From IMG/VR virus record IMGVR_UViG_3300029288_004207, positions 16,563 to 80,562 of that record: DNA of 64,000 bases, one strand, 5' to 3'. The position numbers were made by a program, and so were the translations under genes. The notes below the pieces were generated by a model, which was not told the DNA's origin, did no database searches, and worked only from the letters and a program-made list of their open reading frames with translations. The DNA is from a virus. Its lineage: Duplodnaviria; Caudoviricetes. How positions within the stretch are numbered: position 1 is the first letter of the stretch; every line of letters starts with the position of its first letter. Below, piece by piece: positions 52,924 to 62,732 of this stretch.

Positions 52924-55722
52924 ATGAAAAGTAAAATTGTTGGAATTATGTTAGCAATTGTAATGATTGCAAGTTTTGGGATGGTTATACCTGCCCAAGT
53001 AGACGGTGATATTATCTACAATGGAGATGTCACTGGTTTTGCTGGTGCAGTAGGTAACGTTGTTGCAGGAACTACTACCGGAGAAGGACTTAATACAATT
53101 ATTGCCGGAACAATAACTGATGGGGTAGATGGACAATGGGCTTCTTTTACCGGAACGATTACAGGTGATGTTATAGGTGACATTTCTGGTAGTGTGAACT
53201 ATAACGGTTTTGATACTTTGTTTACTGAAATTACTAATTCTGGAGCTACGGGGCATGTCTATTTAATGGGATATTTTGCTGGAGAAGTAGGATGCTTCGT
53301 TGGGCAATTTGTTACTCAAGCAGATGCTATAGAACCTGTTACCAGTATTGACATTGAGGTAGAATCAGATGCAGTTAACGTTGGAGAATCATTAACTTTT
53401 AATGCTGTAACTACTCCTGCTGGTGCTGAAATAAGGTGGAGTGTTTACAATAGTGTAGGAAGCGCAACCATTGATGAATTAACGGGAGTACTAACAGGAG
53501 TAGAAGTAGGTAATGTCACTGTAATTGCCAGTGTCTTGAATAGACCTATCTTTACTAAGAACTACAATATTGCAATTACTCCTGAACCACTAACAGCGCA
53601 AGAAACTATTGTTGCAACAGCTAATAGACTTTTAGAAACGCAAAATAACGATGGTGGATGGGACTGGAGTAATATTGATACTGATGGGACTACTGGTTTG
53701 CCATCTCCGTCTAATACCATTGGTGTAACTGCTTGGGGTTTGCTAAAAGGTAATATGATTACTCCTAATGCAGACTATATCAATGCTTGTATTTTATCAT
53801 ACAACTTAATGCAAGCAAATTCTTTAGTATTGGCTACTAATAGAATACGTGGTTCTGATATTGGGATGCTTGCAGAATTAACATCTATAACTGGCGATTC
53901 TACTTATGCTGATTTTGCTAAAACTAGGTGGGATGTCGCCAAAACAGAATACGCTGGTGGTACTGCTGTTGGTTTCGCACAGTATTTAGAAACCAGACGA
54001 GTTGCAAGCCAAGTAGCACTTGTAGCTTGGGATATTAACCTTTATGTCCAAGGTTTAATAGAATTAAGCCAGTACTATCCAGAATGTGCTACTGATGCAC
54101 AAGATATGGCAGAGGAAATATATACGTTCCTATACACTAATACTAATCTTCCTACTGATACTGCTACTGGGTGGTATTATCTGACTATATCAGGTGCTTT
54201 GGAATCATTCTCTACAACTAATATCCACCCTGAAACGGTAACAGAACTTAGAACTGAATTAGTTGAAGCCCAAAATGTAAATGGTTCATTCCCTTCCGAC
54301 ACTGATGAAGGCGATGAAGAAGATTTACAGACTACGGCTTATGCTACGATGGCATTACTTTCATCTGGAAATGCTTACGATAATGCTTCTAAAGCTGTAG
54401 AATACTTAATTGAAATGTCTGTAGGTTTTGCAACTGATGTAAGTACTGGAGCTACGGAAGTTTGGTCTGAAGTAAACCAAGCACTATTAGCTTTTGTTAC
54501 TGCCCATATTAATATAAGTGTCACTCAAGGTATAGGCGGTACAATATCTCCTAATGATACTGTTGAAGTTGCTTACGGTGATAGTCAATCTTTTGATATA
54601 ACTCCTGATGCTAATTATCATGTTTTGGATGTTTTGGTAGACGGTGTTTCAGTAGGTGCAGTAAGTAATTATGAGTTTGCAAACGTAAATACTGACCATA
54701 CTATAACAGCTAACTTTGCTATAGATACGTTTACTTTAACCATCGGAATAACTAATGGAACAGTAGTAAAAAATCCAAATCAAGATATGTATGATTATGG
54801 AACAATCGTAACATTAACAGTAAATGCGAATAGTGGTTATGCTTTTAACGGATGGTCTGGAGATTTATCAGGTTATGAAAATCCAACAGCTATATTAATG
54901 GATTCAGATAAAAATGTAGTTGTTAATATGCGTATTACTGGTGGAGGTAGTGGTGGTGGAAGTAGTGGAGGTGGTTCATATACGGATACTAATATACTTG
55001 GTGATAGTGGGTATATCTACAAAAATTCAGATGGTGAGACAACTAGAGAATTTAATGCTACGGATGGAACACTGTCAATCAATATTCCTAAAGGGACGGA
55101 AATGCTGGATAAGAACGGCAATCCGTTAGATAAATTTGATGTAAAACCGGATAATACATCATACCCGTTGCCTGATAATGCTAATGTAATTGGGTTGGCT
55201 TATAGTTTTACTCCTAATGGTGCGCAGTTTAGTCCACCGATAAATATTATCTTTAATTATTCCGAAGTAGATATTCCAGATGGAGTAAATGAAAGTGACT
55301 TGGTGATAGCCTACTTTGATATCGTAAGTGGTGAATGGGTAGAGTTAGAATGTGTTGTTGATACGGTAAATAATACCATTACAGCAAAAGTGTACCACTT
55401 TACTACGTATGCAGTTATAGGTAAAGAAGAACCTATTGTAACACCTACTCCAACACCTACTCCAACACCTACGTCTACGCCAACAACCACACCAACGCCA
55501 ACAACCACACCAACGCCAACAACCACACCAACAATAGAGCCGACAGAAACACCTACTACAAGTGTTACTACAACTACAACGCCTACTACAACATGGACAA
55601 CGACATCTACACCGATTGTAAAACCAAAGAATAGTCCTGTTGTATGGATAATACTTGGCATAATATTACTTGGAATAGTTGTTTGGGTTGTTGTGTTAGT
55701 TATAAAACGTAAAAGAAAATAG
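52924..55722 (+). CDS. 932-aa cell-surface protein: Ig-like, (alpha/alpha) prenyltransferase-like barrel, InlB-B repeats, host-like C-terminal beta domain, P/T linker, TM anchor
   Basis: Signal peptide; TQNNDGGW / AQNVNGSF QW-like motifs; ANSGYAFNGWSG; AYSFTPNGAQFSPPI..DLVIAYFD..WVEL..NTITAKVYHFT; TPTPT linker; TM plus KRKRK. Confidence 0.8.
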   Translation: MKSKIVGIMLAIVMIASFGMVIPAQVDGDIIYNGDVTGFAGAVGNVVAGTTTGEGLNTIIAGTITDGVDGQWASFTGTITGDVIGDISGSVNYNGFDTLFTEITNSGATGHVYLMGYFAGEVGCFVGQFVTQADAIEPVTSIDIEVESDAVNVGESLTFNAVTTPAGAEIRWSVYNSVGSATIDELTGVLTGVEVGNVTVIASVLNRPIFTKNYNIAITPEPLTAQETIVATANRLLETQNNDGGWDWSNIDTDGTTGLPSPSNTIGVTAWGLLKGNMITPNADYINACILSYNLMQANSLVLATNRIRGSDIGMLAELTSITGDSTYADFAKTRWDVAKTEYAGGTAVGFAQYLETRRVASQVALVAWDINLYVQGLIELSQYYPECATDAQDMAEEIYTFLYTNTNLPTDTATGWYYLTISGALESFSTTNIHPETVTELRTELVEAQNVNGSFPSDTDEGDEEDLQTTAYATMALLSSGNAYDNASKAVEYLIEMSVGFATDVSTGATEVWSEVNQALLAFVTAHINISVTQGIGGTISPNDTVEVAYGDSQSFDITPDANYHVLDVLVDGVSVGAVSNYEFANVNTDHTITANFAIDTFTLTIGITNGTVVKNPNQDMYDYGTIVTLTVNANSGYAFNGWSGDLSGYENPTAILMDSDKNVVVNMRITGGGSGGGSSGGGSYTDTNILGDSGYIYKNSDGETTREFNATDGTLSINIPKGTEMLDKNGNPLDKFDVKPDNTSYPLPDNANVIGLAYSFTPNGAQFSPPINIIFNYSEVDIPDGVNESDLVIAYFDIVSGEWVELECVVDTVNNTITAKVYHFTTYAVIGKEEPIVTPTPTPTPTPTSTPTTTPTPTTTPTPTTTPTIEPTETPTTSVTTTTTPTTTWTTTSTPIVKPKNSPVVWIILGIILLGIVVWVVVLVIKRKRK

Positions 55723-55735
55723 TTTGTGCGAATAT

Positions 55736-55780
55736 GAGGGGATGGTATACTGTTGAGTTAAATACTATCCCCTCTTTGTT
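55736..55780 (+). terminator. intrinsic terminator
   Basis: GAGGGGATGGTAT / ATACTATCCCCTC plus TTTGTT. Confidence 0.7.
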
Positions 55781-55921
55781 TGGTGGTTAATTATGTCTAT
55801 AAAAGATTTATTTAAAATAATAAATGATAAGAGATTGAAACTAGATATACCTTTAATTACCTCTACCTCTTGACAAAATACCATACCTATGTTTATTGAA
55901 ATTAAGAATACGGAGTGAATA

Positions 55922-58129
55922 ATGAAGGTACTTTATGTTTTACTGATTCTCTTAGCCCTGCTCCTTCCGTTTCCGCTTTCGCAGGGTATCCAGGCTGATG
56001 AAAGCACTTTAATTTCTTTTGCGGTGTTTTCCGATACGCATATCTGTTCTTATTATCCAGATTATCAGGTTAAACTATCCCAGGTTGTTGATAAAATAAA
56101 TACGAAAGAACCTGAATTTTCTATCGGATTAGGGGATATGATAGGTGGCGGTAGTACGGAAGCGGTCTATAATTCCGAGTGGTCTAATATGTCCAGCGAA
56201 CTAGACGGGCTAGATATGCCTTATTACCTGGTGATGGGCAACCATGAATCCGTCTCCGGCTGGACGAGAGAGCAGAATATCAATAAATGGCTTTCCGTGA
56301 CTGGATACGAATATGAAAATTACTCTTTCGATAATGGAGATTTTCACTTTATTGTTTTAGATACCGTCAGTGCCAACCAGACCGGAAGAGACTGGCTTGC
56401 TGATGACCTGGACGCCACAGAAAAACTTACCGTTGTGTTCACACATAGGCCGGTGGCTGATGTCGGCGGTCAGGCTTGGGAAGCATGGGACAGCAGTATT
56501 AAGACGATACTTGAATCCTATAGCGAGAAAATTGTTGCCGTCTTTAACGGTCATCTGCATGAAAATGTCGATGATGAAATCAACGGCATCAAATATTACA
56601 CCATACCGGAAGTCTATTATAATGCGACATGGAGCCTCGTTACTGTCTACTCGACCGGAGAGATTGAAATCAGGGGTTACGGCAACGGCAAAAGTTACCT
56701 CCCTGAATCAAGTGCTTATCTTGATATATTTTTCAGCTATTCCAGCGATATCGAGATTGATAATTTTGCCGTCTCGGAAAATAGAATAGACTATCCTTTG
56801 AAAGTCCACCTCACCTCAAGTAATTTTAATTTCAACAATGTTCAGTCTGACGGTGATGACATCAGGTTTTCCTCCGGCGACACCGTGCTGCCGCATGAAA
56901 TCGATTACTGGACTAACGGTGACGCGGTGGTGTGGGTGAAAGTCCCCTATCTCACAGCGGGAGAAATAGACACCATTCAAATGTATTACGGGAGCACTGC
57001 CGGCAACGCGGAGAATCCCCGTAACGTATGGGGGCAGGAAACACTTATTAATTATTTCACGGGAACGTCAAATATAACGGGGACAAACTTATCCTCAATG
57101 CCATCCAACGGCTACGTTGGAGTATACGGAGTGAGAGATACGATAGACTCCCCTGCCGTTGGCACGACCTACGTTACCGAGTATTCAGGAACGTGGGACT
57201 TTTCCGCTGAAGGGTTAGAGTTAATCTGGTGGCTTAAATGTAATAGAGATTCGACAGCCTTTACCTCGACTAGACTTTATGTTTACGATGCATCCGGTAA
57301 CTACAGATACAAAAATATCAGCTTTACCGCCAATACTCCTAAAAAAGCGGTTTGGACGATTGCTAACGGAACAGCGTCAGCAACGCCGCCTGATTTATCC
57401 GCTATCACTAAAATAACGTGGGAAATCAAAGCCGCCGATACAACCGCCTTTAATAAGAATCTAGACCTGTGCTATGTCTACAAAGGCTATAACGTAGTTC
57501 TGCACTTTAACGAGAGCTCAGGCAATGAACTCCATAATTCAACCATCATGGGCGACTACGCTGCCCCTGGAACAGTTTACAACGGGACATGGGACACGTC
57601 AGCTTTGATATTCAACGGAAGTTCAACTTACGCCGAGTTCCTTTACAGTGATGAGTTCAACTGCTACGAACAGGGATATACGGTAGATGGTTGGGTGTCC
57701 AGCCAATCGACTTCCAACGTCAAGGTGATTGCGGATTACGGGGAACTGTATACGACTCCCATTCCCATGCGCCTGCACCTGTTAAACATGGCAGCCAGAA
57801 TCATTACCTATGACGGAACAATCAACAGCCAGGCTACTGCGGGGACGCTCTCCGTCAATACGATGGCTTATGTGGCAGCTACTTTCAACTCGTCTTATGT
57901 AATCGCTTATAAAGACGGCGTGTCGAGCAGCCCTACCGCGAGAACGGCGGTTGTTCCCTCATTTGTTGGCAAGCTAAACATCGGCAGAACGCCGTCAAGC
58001 GCAAACTACTGGAACGGGAAAATAGACGAGTTTCGCTGGATAAATGTACCTCGAAGTAATGACTACATAGCGGGAGAGTATATCAACTTAAAGGGCGTAT
58101 TCCAAAAAGACTATGTAAGCATTGACTAA
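55922..58129 (+). CDS. secreted metallophosphoesterase + DUF2341 + LamG fusion
   Basis: SDTH, GDMI, GNHE, FTH, GHLH; DIRFS..HEIDYW..VVWVKVP; GKIDEFRW; higher GC than the flanks. Confidence 0.88.
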   Translation: MKVLYVLLILLALLLPFPLSQGIQADESTLISFAVFSDTHICSYYPDYQVKLSQVVDKINTKEPEFSIGLGDMIGGGSTEAVYNSEWSNMSSELDGLDMPYYLVMGNHESVSGWTREQNINKWLSVTGYEYENYSFDNGDFHFIVLDTVSANQTGRDWLADDLDATEKLTVVFTHRPVADVGGQAWEAWDSSIKTILESYSEKIVAVFNGHLHENVDDEINGIKYYTIPEVYYNATWSLVTVYSTGEIEIRGYGNGKSYLPESSAYLDIFFSYSSDIEIDNFAVSENRIDYPLKVHLTSSNFNFNNVQSDGDDIRFSSGDTVLPHEIDYWTNGDAVVWVKVPYLTAGEIDTIQMYYGSTAGNAENPRNVWGQETLINYFTGTSNITGTNLSSMPSNGYVGVYGVRDTIDSPAVGTTYVTEYSGTWDFSAEGLELIWWLKCNRDSTAFTSTRLYVYDASGNYRYKNISFTANTPKKAVWTIANGTASATPPDLSAITKITWEIKAADTTAFNKNLDLCYVYKGYNVVLHFNESSGNELHNSTIMGDYAAPGTVYNGTWDTSALIFNGSSTYAEFLYSDEFNCYEQGYTVDGWVSSQSTSNVKVIADYGELYTTPIPMRLHLLNMAARIITYDGTINSQATAGTLSVNTMAYVAATFNSSYVIAYKDGVSSSPTARTAVVPSFVGKLNIGRTPSSANYWNGKIDEFRWINVPRSNDYIAGEYINLKGVFQKDYVSID

Positions 58130-58130
58130 A

Positions 58131-58208
58131 AGGTGTCAGCTTATTAGCCCTAGGCTTGCCACCTTTAAGACCACCTAGCCTACCTAAAGCAACGGCTGCA
58201 GGGTTTTT
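58131..58208 (-). pseudogene. fragment of a KGG-type small basic protein
   Basis: Reads KNPAAVALGRLGGLKGGKPRANKLTP with no in-frame start codon. Confidence 0.6.
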
Positions 58209-58234
58209 ACTTTCTATAAAAATATAATATTTCT

Positions 58235-59866
58235 TTATACTTTGATAGGTTCACTATCATATACTTTATTGCTTAGTAATGATTTACCACTGTTAGGGAA
58301 TGCCTTGAAAATTCTATCTTGAGACATTTTTATTTCAACTAAATCAATGGTATTATGATGTTCTGTTATTTCTCCTACCATATTTATATCATGTAGTATT
58401 TCAACTGCTTCAAATAATGTTATTCGTTTATCCATTGATATTTTATAATGATTAGTTTTAGGATTAGATTTAATAGCATCCATTGCCATATCATAAGTTA
58501 TGGAATGAGGTTTTTTGTCCTTATAAATAATCCAACCTGGGGATAATACTAAAGCAGGACAAGGTTCATTCTCACGCCAAGTCCCCAAAGATTTATCTTT
58601 ACTAATAAGTGTTTTTGTCGCTTGTTTCGTACTCATTACTCCATCTGTTGATATTGCTATGACGCTATCAGCTAGTTCATTCTGCATGATAAAATCAAAT
58701 ACTTGTAATCTTGCTTGTGCATAAATCCATCCTGCTATCATAGGGTTATAAGTAGCAGATGTTTTGTCTTTCTCAAATTGTGCATTGGTTTTTCCAACAT
58801 AACCTACAATTATTCCTTTACATAAGTCATTTTCTATTTCACCTAACTGGCGCATATCAAATAACCGTTTAACAATATTTTCCATTGGCTTTTTGTAGTT
58901 ATTAAATTTCACATACCATCCACCAACAATTTTAAAAGTTCCCACTTTATATTTATAGATTGAAAGTAATTCTTCTAATGTTAAATAGGTGTTGAATGTT
59001 CCTATTGGGTAAATTACATCGCCATTAGCATTAACATAAGCAAACGGATGAATCTTAACATCTTTGTTAATAGTTAGTTCTACTTCAAAAAACCCAGTGA
59101 TATTGCCAGCTATTATATCTTTAACATGTTTAGAGGAATAGTCTTTTGAATAAGGTATATATTCAGCGTTAGCAAAGTCTCTTACTTCTGATAACCATTT
59201 ACCATAGGATGATGAGACATCGTATGAGTAACTTTCTTGGAAGTGTCCTACATTTGTCGCCGTTATCCATCCTTGTCTATTAGCACAGTGTTTAGCATAG
59301 ACTAATATATTAACTGCTTCTGGTGGCACACACTTAATACTAGGAGTAAGTTGGATATTCCTCATAGAACTTTCGTAAATACCAATAGCAGAATTTAAAG
59401 TCATGGGAGTAGTTATACCTATGTTCTCTAAAGCCTTGAGTAGTTTATTACAACGTTCTAATAGTTCTTGTGCGTTATGAGGTTCAGGTTCATTGGGTAA
59501 AAGAGGTTCTAGACCATAAATACAACACATATATGGATGTTCAGATGTTTTACTTTTTAAAATATGATTTCCTTTGATAATCATATTCTTACCACGCCGA
59601 TAATAAAGATGAGTAGCCTTATCAAAAGTGGTATTTAGTAGTGCTTTACATTCATCGGGTGGCATAAGTTTAAATATAGGTGCTAGGCTTTCATCTAAAT
59701 TCCAAAAGAACTTTAATTCTCTGGACATTCCATCACGGTATGGTGTATAGAGGAAATCCCATAGTTCATTACTATCCTTGGATGTAATAGAATTCCCATT
59801 TGAATTTGTTATTGTAATGCCATTATCATCTACAGATGTATAATATGCGACTAGATGCTTTATCAC
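58235..59866 (-). CDS. polB: divergent family B DNA polymerase of the protein-primed / pipolin-like type
   Basis: Motif A YDVSSSYG, TPR1-like YPIGTFNTYLTLEEL, motif B KGIIVGYVGK, motif C ISTDG, LGTW; N-terminal exonuclease motifs degenerate. Confidence 0.78.
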   Translation of the reverse strand: MIKHLVAYYTSVDDNGITITNSNGNSITSKDSNELWDFLYTPYRDGMSRELKFFWNLDESLAPIFKLMPPDECKALLNTTFDKATHLYYRRGKNMIIKGNHILKSKTSEHPYMCCIYGLEPLLPNEPEPHNAQELLERCNKLLKALENIGITTPMTLNSAIGIYESSMRNIQLTPSIKCVPPEAVNILVYAKHCANRQGWITATNVGHFQESYSYDVSSSYGKWLSEVRDFANAEYIPYSKDYSSKHVKDIIAGNITGFFEVELTINKDVKIHPFAYVNANGDVIYPIGTFNTYLTLEELLSIYKYKVGTFKIVGGWYVKFNNYKKPMENIVKRLFDMRQLGEIENDLCKGIIVGYVGKTNAQFEKDKTSATYNPMIAGWIYAQARLQVFDFIMQNELADSVIAISTDGVMSTKQATKTLISKDKSLGTWRENEPCPALVLSPGWIIYKDKKPHSITYDMAMDAIKSNPKTNHYKISMDKRITLFEAVEILHDINMVGEITEHHNTIDLVEIKMSQDRIFKAFPNSGKSLLSNKVYDSEPIKV

Positions 59867-60438
59867 TTACTTTTCCCTTTTATTCTTAATTGTTTAATTC
59901 TATTTTGGTGTAGTTTAATGCGTCTTTGCCATTCAGTTTTTTCTTCAGGTGTTTTAGCAAATGCTAAACGATTTTTACTATGATTAATATCATCTTGGCT
60001 TTGTCTGATAGTTTGGTCTATAACATTTTTCCCAGTTATTTTACGTCTATTTGCTTTTGTCTTTTTACGTGGTGTTTTTACTACTTTACCAGAAGTATCT
60101 CTGATAGCGTATTTGTCTTTATATTTGTTAAAGAAGTTGAATGTTAGCGTTCTTGCTCTATCACGCCGTTCTTTGCTACCAGTAAGTATTAAATCATTTT
60201 CATTACTCGCTAATCCTTTTCTTACATACAATTGCCTAATAGATTTATAGTATTTATTTAATATGTACCGTTCCTTTTCATGTTTTTGATAGAAATCTCT
60301 AAATCTACGCATACGAGTTTCAATCATAACTTTTAAGTAACGATGGTCTTTAATAGATTCCATTGATATATCTTGATAAGCACTTGCCTCTGCTGGCAAA
60401 AAACCTCTATTGATAAAGTACCTATAACCAACGCTCAT
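59863..60438 (-). CDS. basic helical protein upstream of polB, terminal-protein candidate
   Basis: K/R-rich; overlap-coupled to polB; the function is inferred from gene order only. Confidence 0.4.
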   Translation of the reverse strand: MSVGYRYFINRGFLPAEASAYQDISMESIKDHRYLKVMIETRMRRFRDFYQKHEKERYILNKYYKSIRQLYVRKGLASNENDLILTGSKERRDRARTLTFNFFNKYKDKYAIRDTSGKVVKTPRKKTKANRRKITGKNVIDQTIRQSQDDINHSKNRLAFAKTPEEKTEWQRRIKLHQNRIKQLRIKGKSK

Positions 60439-60439
60439 T

Positions 60440-61000
60440 TTACTCTCCCTTATTGAAATCCTTAAATACTGTTGGCATTTTGTTTATGAGAAAAGAATAT
60501 AATTTAGTAAAAGATTGAGCCTCGTCTTTTATATATTTTTCTATTGTAGCATAATCCTTTTGTTGATACCATTCTGCTATACTTGCTCCTGTATCCTGTT
60601 TACCAGCTAAATTGTGGAGAGAGCATCCTTTGAACTCTCCGCCATTACAGAGTAATGCTACTGGATATAAATCTATATAAGGATGATTATATAGGTTTAT
60701 AGCGTTTGTTTTCATGCCATATTTATTCCAGTGTGTACCTAACATTACGAAGTCAAAATCAGCTAACTTATAACCGATAGGGATGAAAGCCCACCTATTA
60801 TTGATATTAAAGGTGTTGTAGAACTGTTTAAGGATATCTTCTTCACTACTCTCCCATGATTTTAGAATAGTTAATGGGGTAAGTATTTCACCAGTTTTAG
60901 AACTTATTTGTTGATAACTTATTGTTATAATTGGGTCTTTATTGAAATCAATCGGCTTAGTAGGGCTGTATGTCTCTAGGTCTAAATAGAACTCTGGCAT
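60440..61000 (-). CDS. stand-alone DEDD 3'-5' exonuclease (PolB-exo / RNase_H_2-like)
   Basis: YLDLET (ExoI), SEEDIL, GYKLADFDF (ExoII), YIDL, YIKDE (ExoIII). Confidence 0.82.
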   Translation of the reverse strand: MPEFYLDLETYSPTKPIDFNKDPIITISYQQISSKTGEILTPLTILKSWESSEEDILKQFYNTFNINNRWAFIPIGYKLADFDFVMLGTHWNKYGMKTNAINLYNHPYIDLYPVALLCNGGEFKGCSLHNLAGKQDTGASIAEWYQQKDYATIEKYIKDEAQSFTKLYSFLINKMPTVFKDFNKGE

Positions 61001-61147
61001 TTATTGCTCCTTTGGATTATCTAAAATTGGGTTTACGGTGCTTTTACGGCAAGTTTTACAAAAATATCTTTGTTTAAAAATATGATTACTACCAGCCCCT
61101 TGTCCAAACTTCACCAATTTATTGTTGTTGCATTTAGGACATTTCAT
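61001..61147 (-). CDS. InsA-like Zn-ribbon protein (48 aa)
   Basis: MKCPKCNNNKLVKFG..KQRYFCKTC; promoter TTGACA-17-TATACT at 61199-61171; not in the ORF track. Confidence 0.78.
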   Translation of the reverse strand: MKCPKCNNNKLVKFGQGAGSNHIFKQRYFCKTCRKSTVNPILDNPKEQ

Positions 61148-61219
61148 GTATTGACAACCTCGCTATGTATAGTATATACTATAGGTTGGTAAATGTCAAT
61201 AGTAGTAAAGATATGTTTG

Positions 61220-61312
61220 ATGTTAATTAAACAATCTTTTAAATATGAATTGAAACCAAATAATAAACAAGAAATATATTGTTCTAAACCTATTGAAAAA
61301 TTAATGAAATAG
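61220..61312 (+). pseudogene. remnant of a TnpB N-terminal HTH
   Basis: MLIKQSFKYELKPNNKQE resembles the IS605 OrfB HTH start, then stops after 30 aa. Confidence 0.45.
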
Positions 61313-61327
61313 TATTATATTATAAGT

Positions 61328-61576
61328 ATGCTAAGTCTAAAGACTATTAAAAAATATGAACCTGAAATGAAGCGACTAAAAGTTAGTGAAGTAGCAAGGT
61401 CGCCACGAGGGTTCATCCCCGCATATAAACGTGCTAAAGGAAATCCTAAAAAACTAAGTGAAAACTGGAAAATAAAGCGTAATGCTTTTATTGCCAGAAC
61501 ATTACCACAATATAAGAAAAATCCAACAAAACGTAGGTTACTTTCTTTGAGGGCTTGGGCTTATGAACCTAAATAG
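61328..61576 (+). CDS. small basic protein
   Basis: SEVARSPRGF..WKIKRNAFIAR..PTKRRLLSLRAWAYEP. Confidence 0.7.
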   Translation: MLSLKTIKKYEPEMKRLKVSEVARSPRGFIPAYKRAKGNPKKLSENWKIKRNAFIARTLPQYKKNPTKRRLLSLRAWAYEPK

Positions 61577-61742
61577 AAATTTGTTTATTTTACTTTGTGT
61601 GAAAATGAGTAATTTTTTGTTTTAATTTATCTACATTTTTTAGTTCATGTTGCCATATAAATAAAATATCATATCCAAGTTCTGCTAATGTTGCCATTAT
61701 TAAATCCCCCACTCTTTTCTCTTGTGTCTTAATATGTATTAG

Positions 61743-62457
61743 TTATTTATTTGGAAACCAATTCCAAATAGGTTCTTTTTTAGATATTTCAGGTAAATAA
61801 ATGCCATCTGTTTTTTCAGGTCTAACATATTTTACAAGAAAATCTACCACACCTTTACGTTCTATTCTCCAAACGCAACCCTCGGCTTTATCAACTGCCC
61901 CGTGATAACCATGCTCACCAAGTATATCAATAGCATATTGTATTGAAATAGTATTGCCCCGATGTAATAGTTTTGGTACTGTAAAACCACCTTGCTTTAC
62001 ACGATTGAGTAAAGCGTCATATTGTAATCTGGTATGGTCTTTCATTAAGTCAAATATAACAAGAGGTTCATGGGGTAATTTATAGATAGTACCGTGTGCT
62101 TGCATAAGCCATTCGCCACAAACACGCTCACCCTCTTGTAAAACATAACGAAAATCTTGTTTCATTTTCTTCTACCCATTTTCCCCAATGCCAATGTTGC
62201 TCATAAGGTGATGTAGAAGCAAGATAACCAGCACGAGTTATGGCTATAATTTTACCTTTAAATAATGCTACACCTACATTACTACCGTCCAGTTTTTCTG
62301 TAACAATTATCTCATCGTGGCGGTCACGTTTTCTTTCTGTAGCAATTCTTGATTGTCCTTCGTGACAGTGTTTATCACTAGGAGTAATTCTACTACCCTC
62401 TAAGTGCGGTATTGTTCCATAATTTTTAATTCCTAAAGGTTTTCTATCTTCAGTCAT
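61743..62457 (-). pseudogene. RNA ligase (Rnl2-like nucleotidyltransferase) split by a +1 frameshift at 62151-62154
   Basis: EKLDGSN in 62457-62128; CGEW and FDL in 62165-61743; one extra T in AGA TTTT CGT joins the frames. Confidence 0.8.
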
Positions 62458-62508
62458 ATTACCCCTTATCAGACGAACTACAATTAATAACAGTAGTCAT
62501 ATATTTAT

Positions 62509-62721
62509 TTAATGTTGATTATTCCCTATCCAATCATGGAATCCAGCACCTCTTCGCTTTTGAGATTCCGAGCGAGTATCTTTAAGTGGTGATAATGCTT
62601 TAAAATAACACCAGCATATTTCATCGCTTGAGTTATTAGTAAATCTATCACCTTGAAGCGGCTTTTTAACGGAACATTCATTTTGAAATTTACAATCTTC
62701 TGGACAATAATAATTTGGCAT
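62509..62721 (-). CDS. small Cys-rich protein
   Basis: AGGAG RBS; CPEDC..C..CWC. Confidence 0.5.
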   Translation of the reverse strand: MPNYYCPEDCKFQNECSVKKPLQGDRFTNNSSDEICWCYFKALSPLKDTRSESQKRRGAGFHDWIGNNQH

Positions 62722-62732
62722 ATTTACTCCTA

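Noticed and set aside
55440-55612. CRISPR or regulatory repeat
   Set aside because: Low-complexity coding repeats of the Pro/Thr linker.
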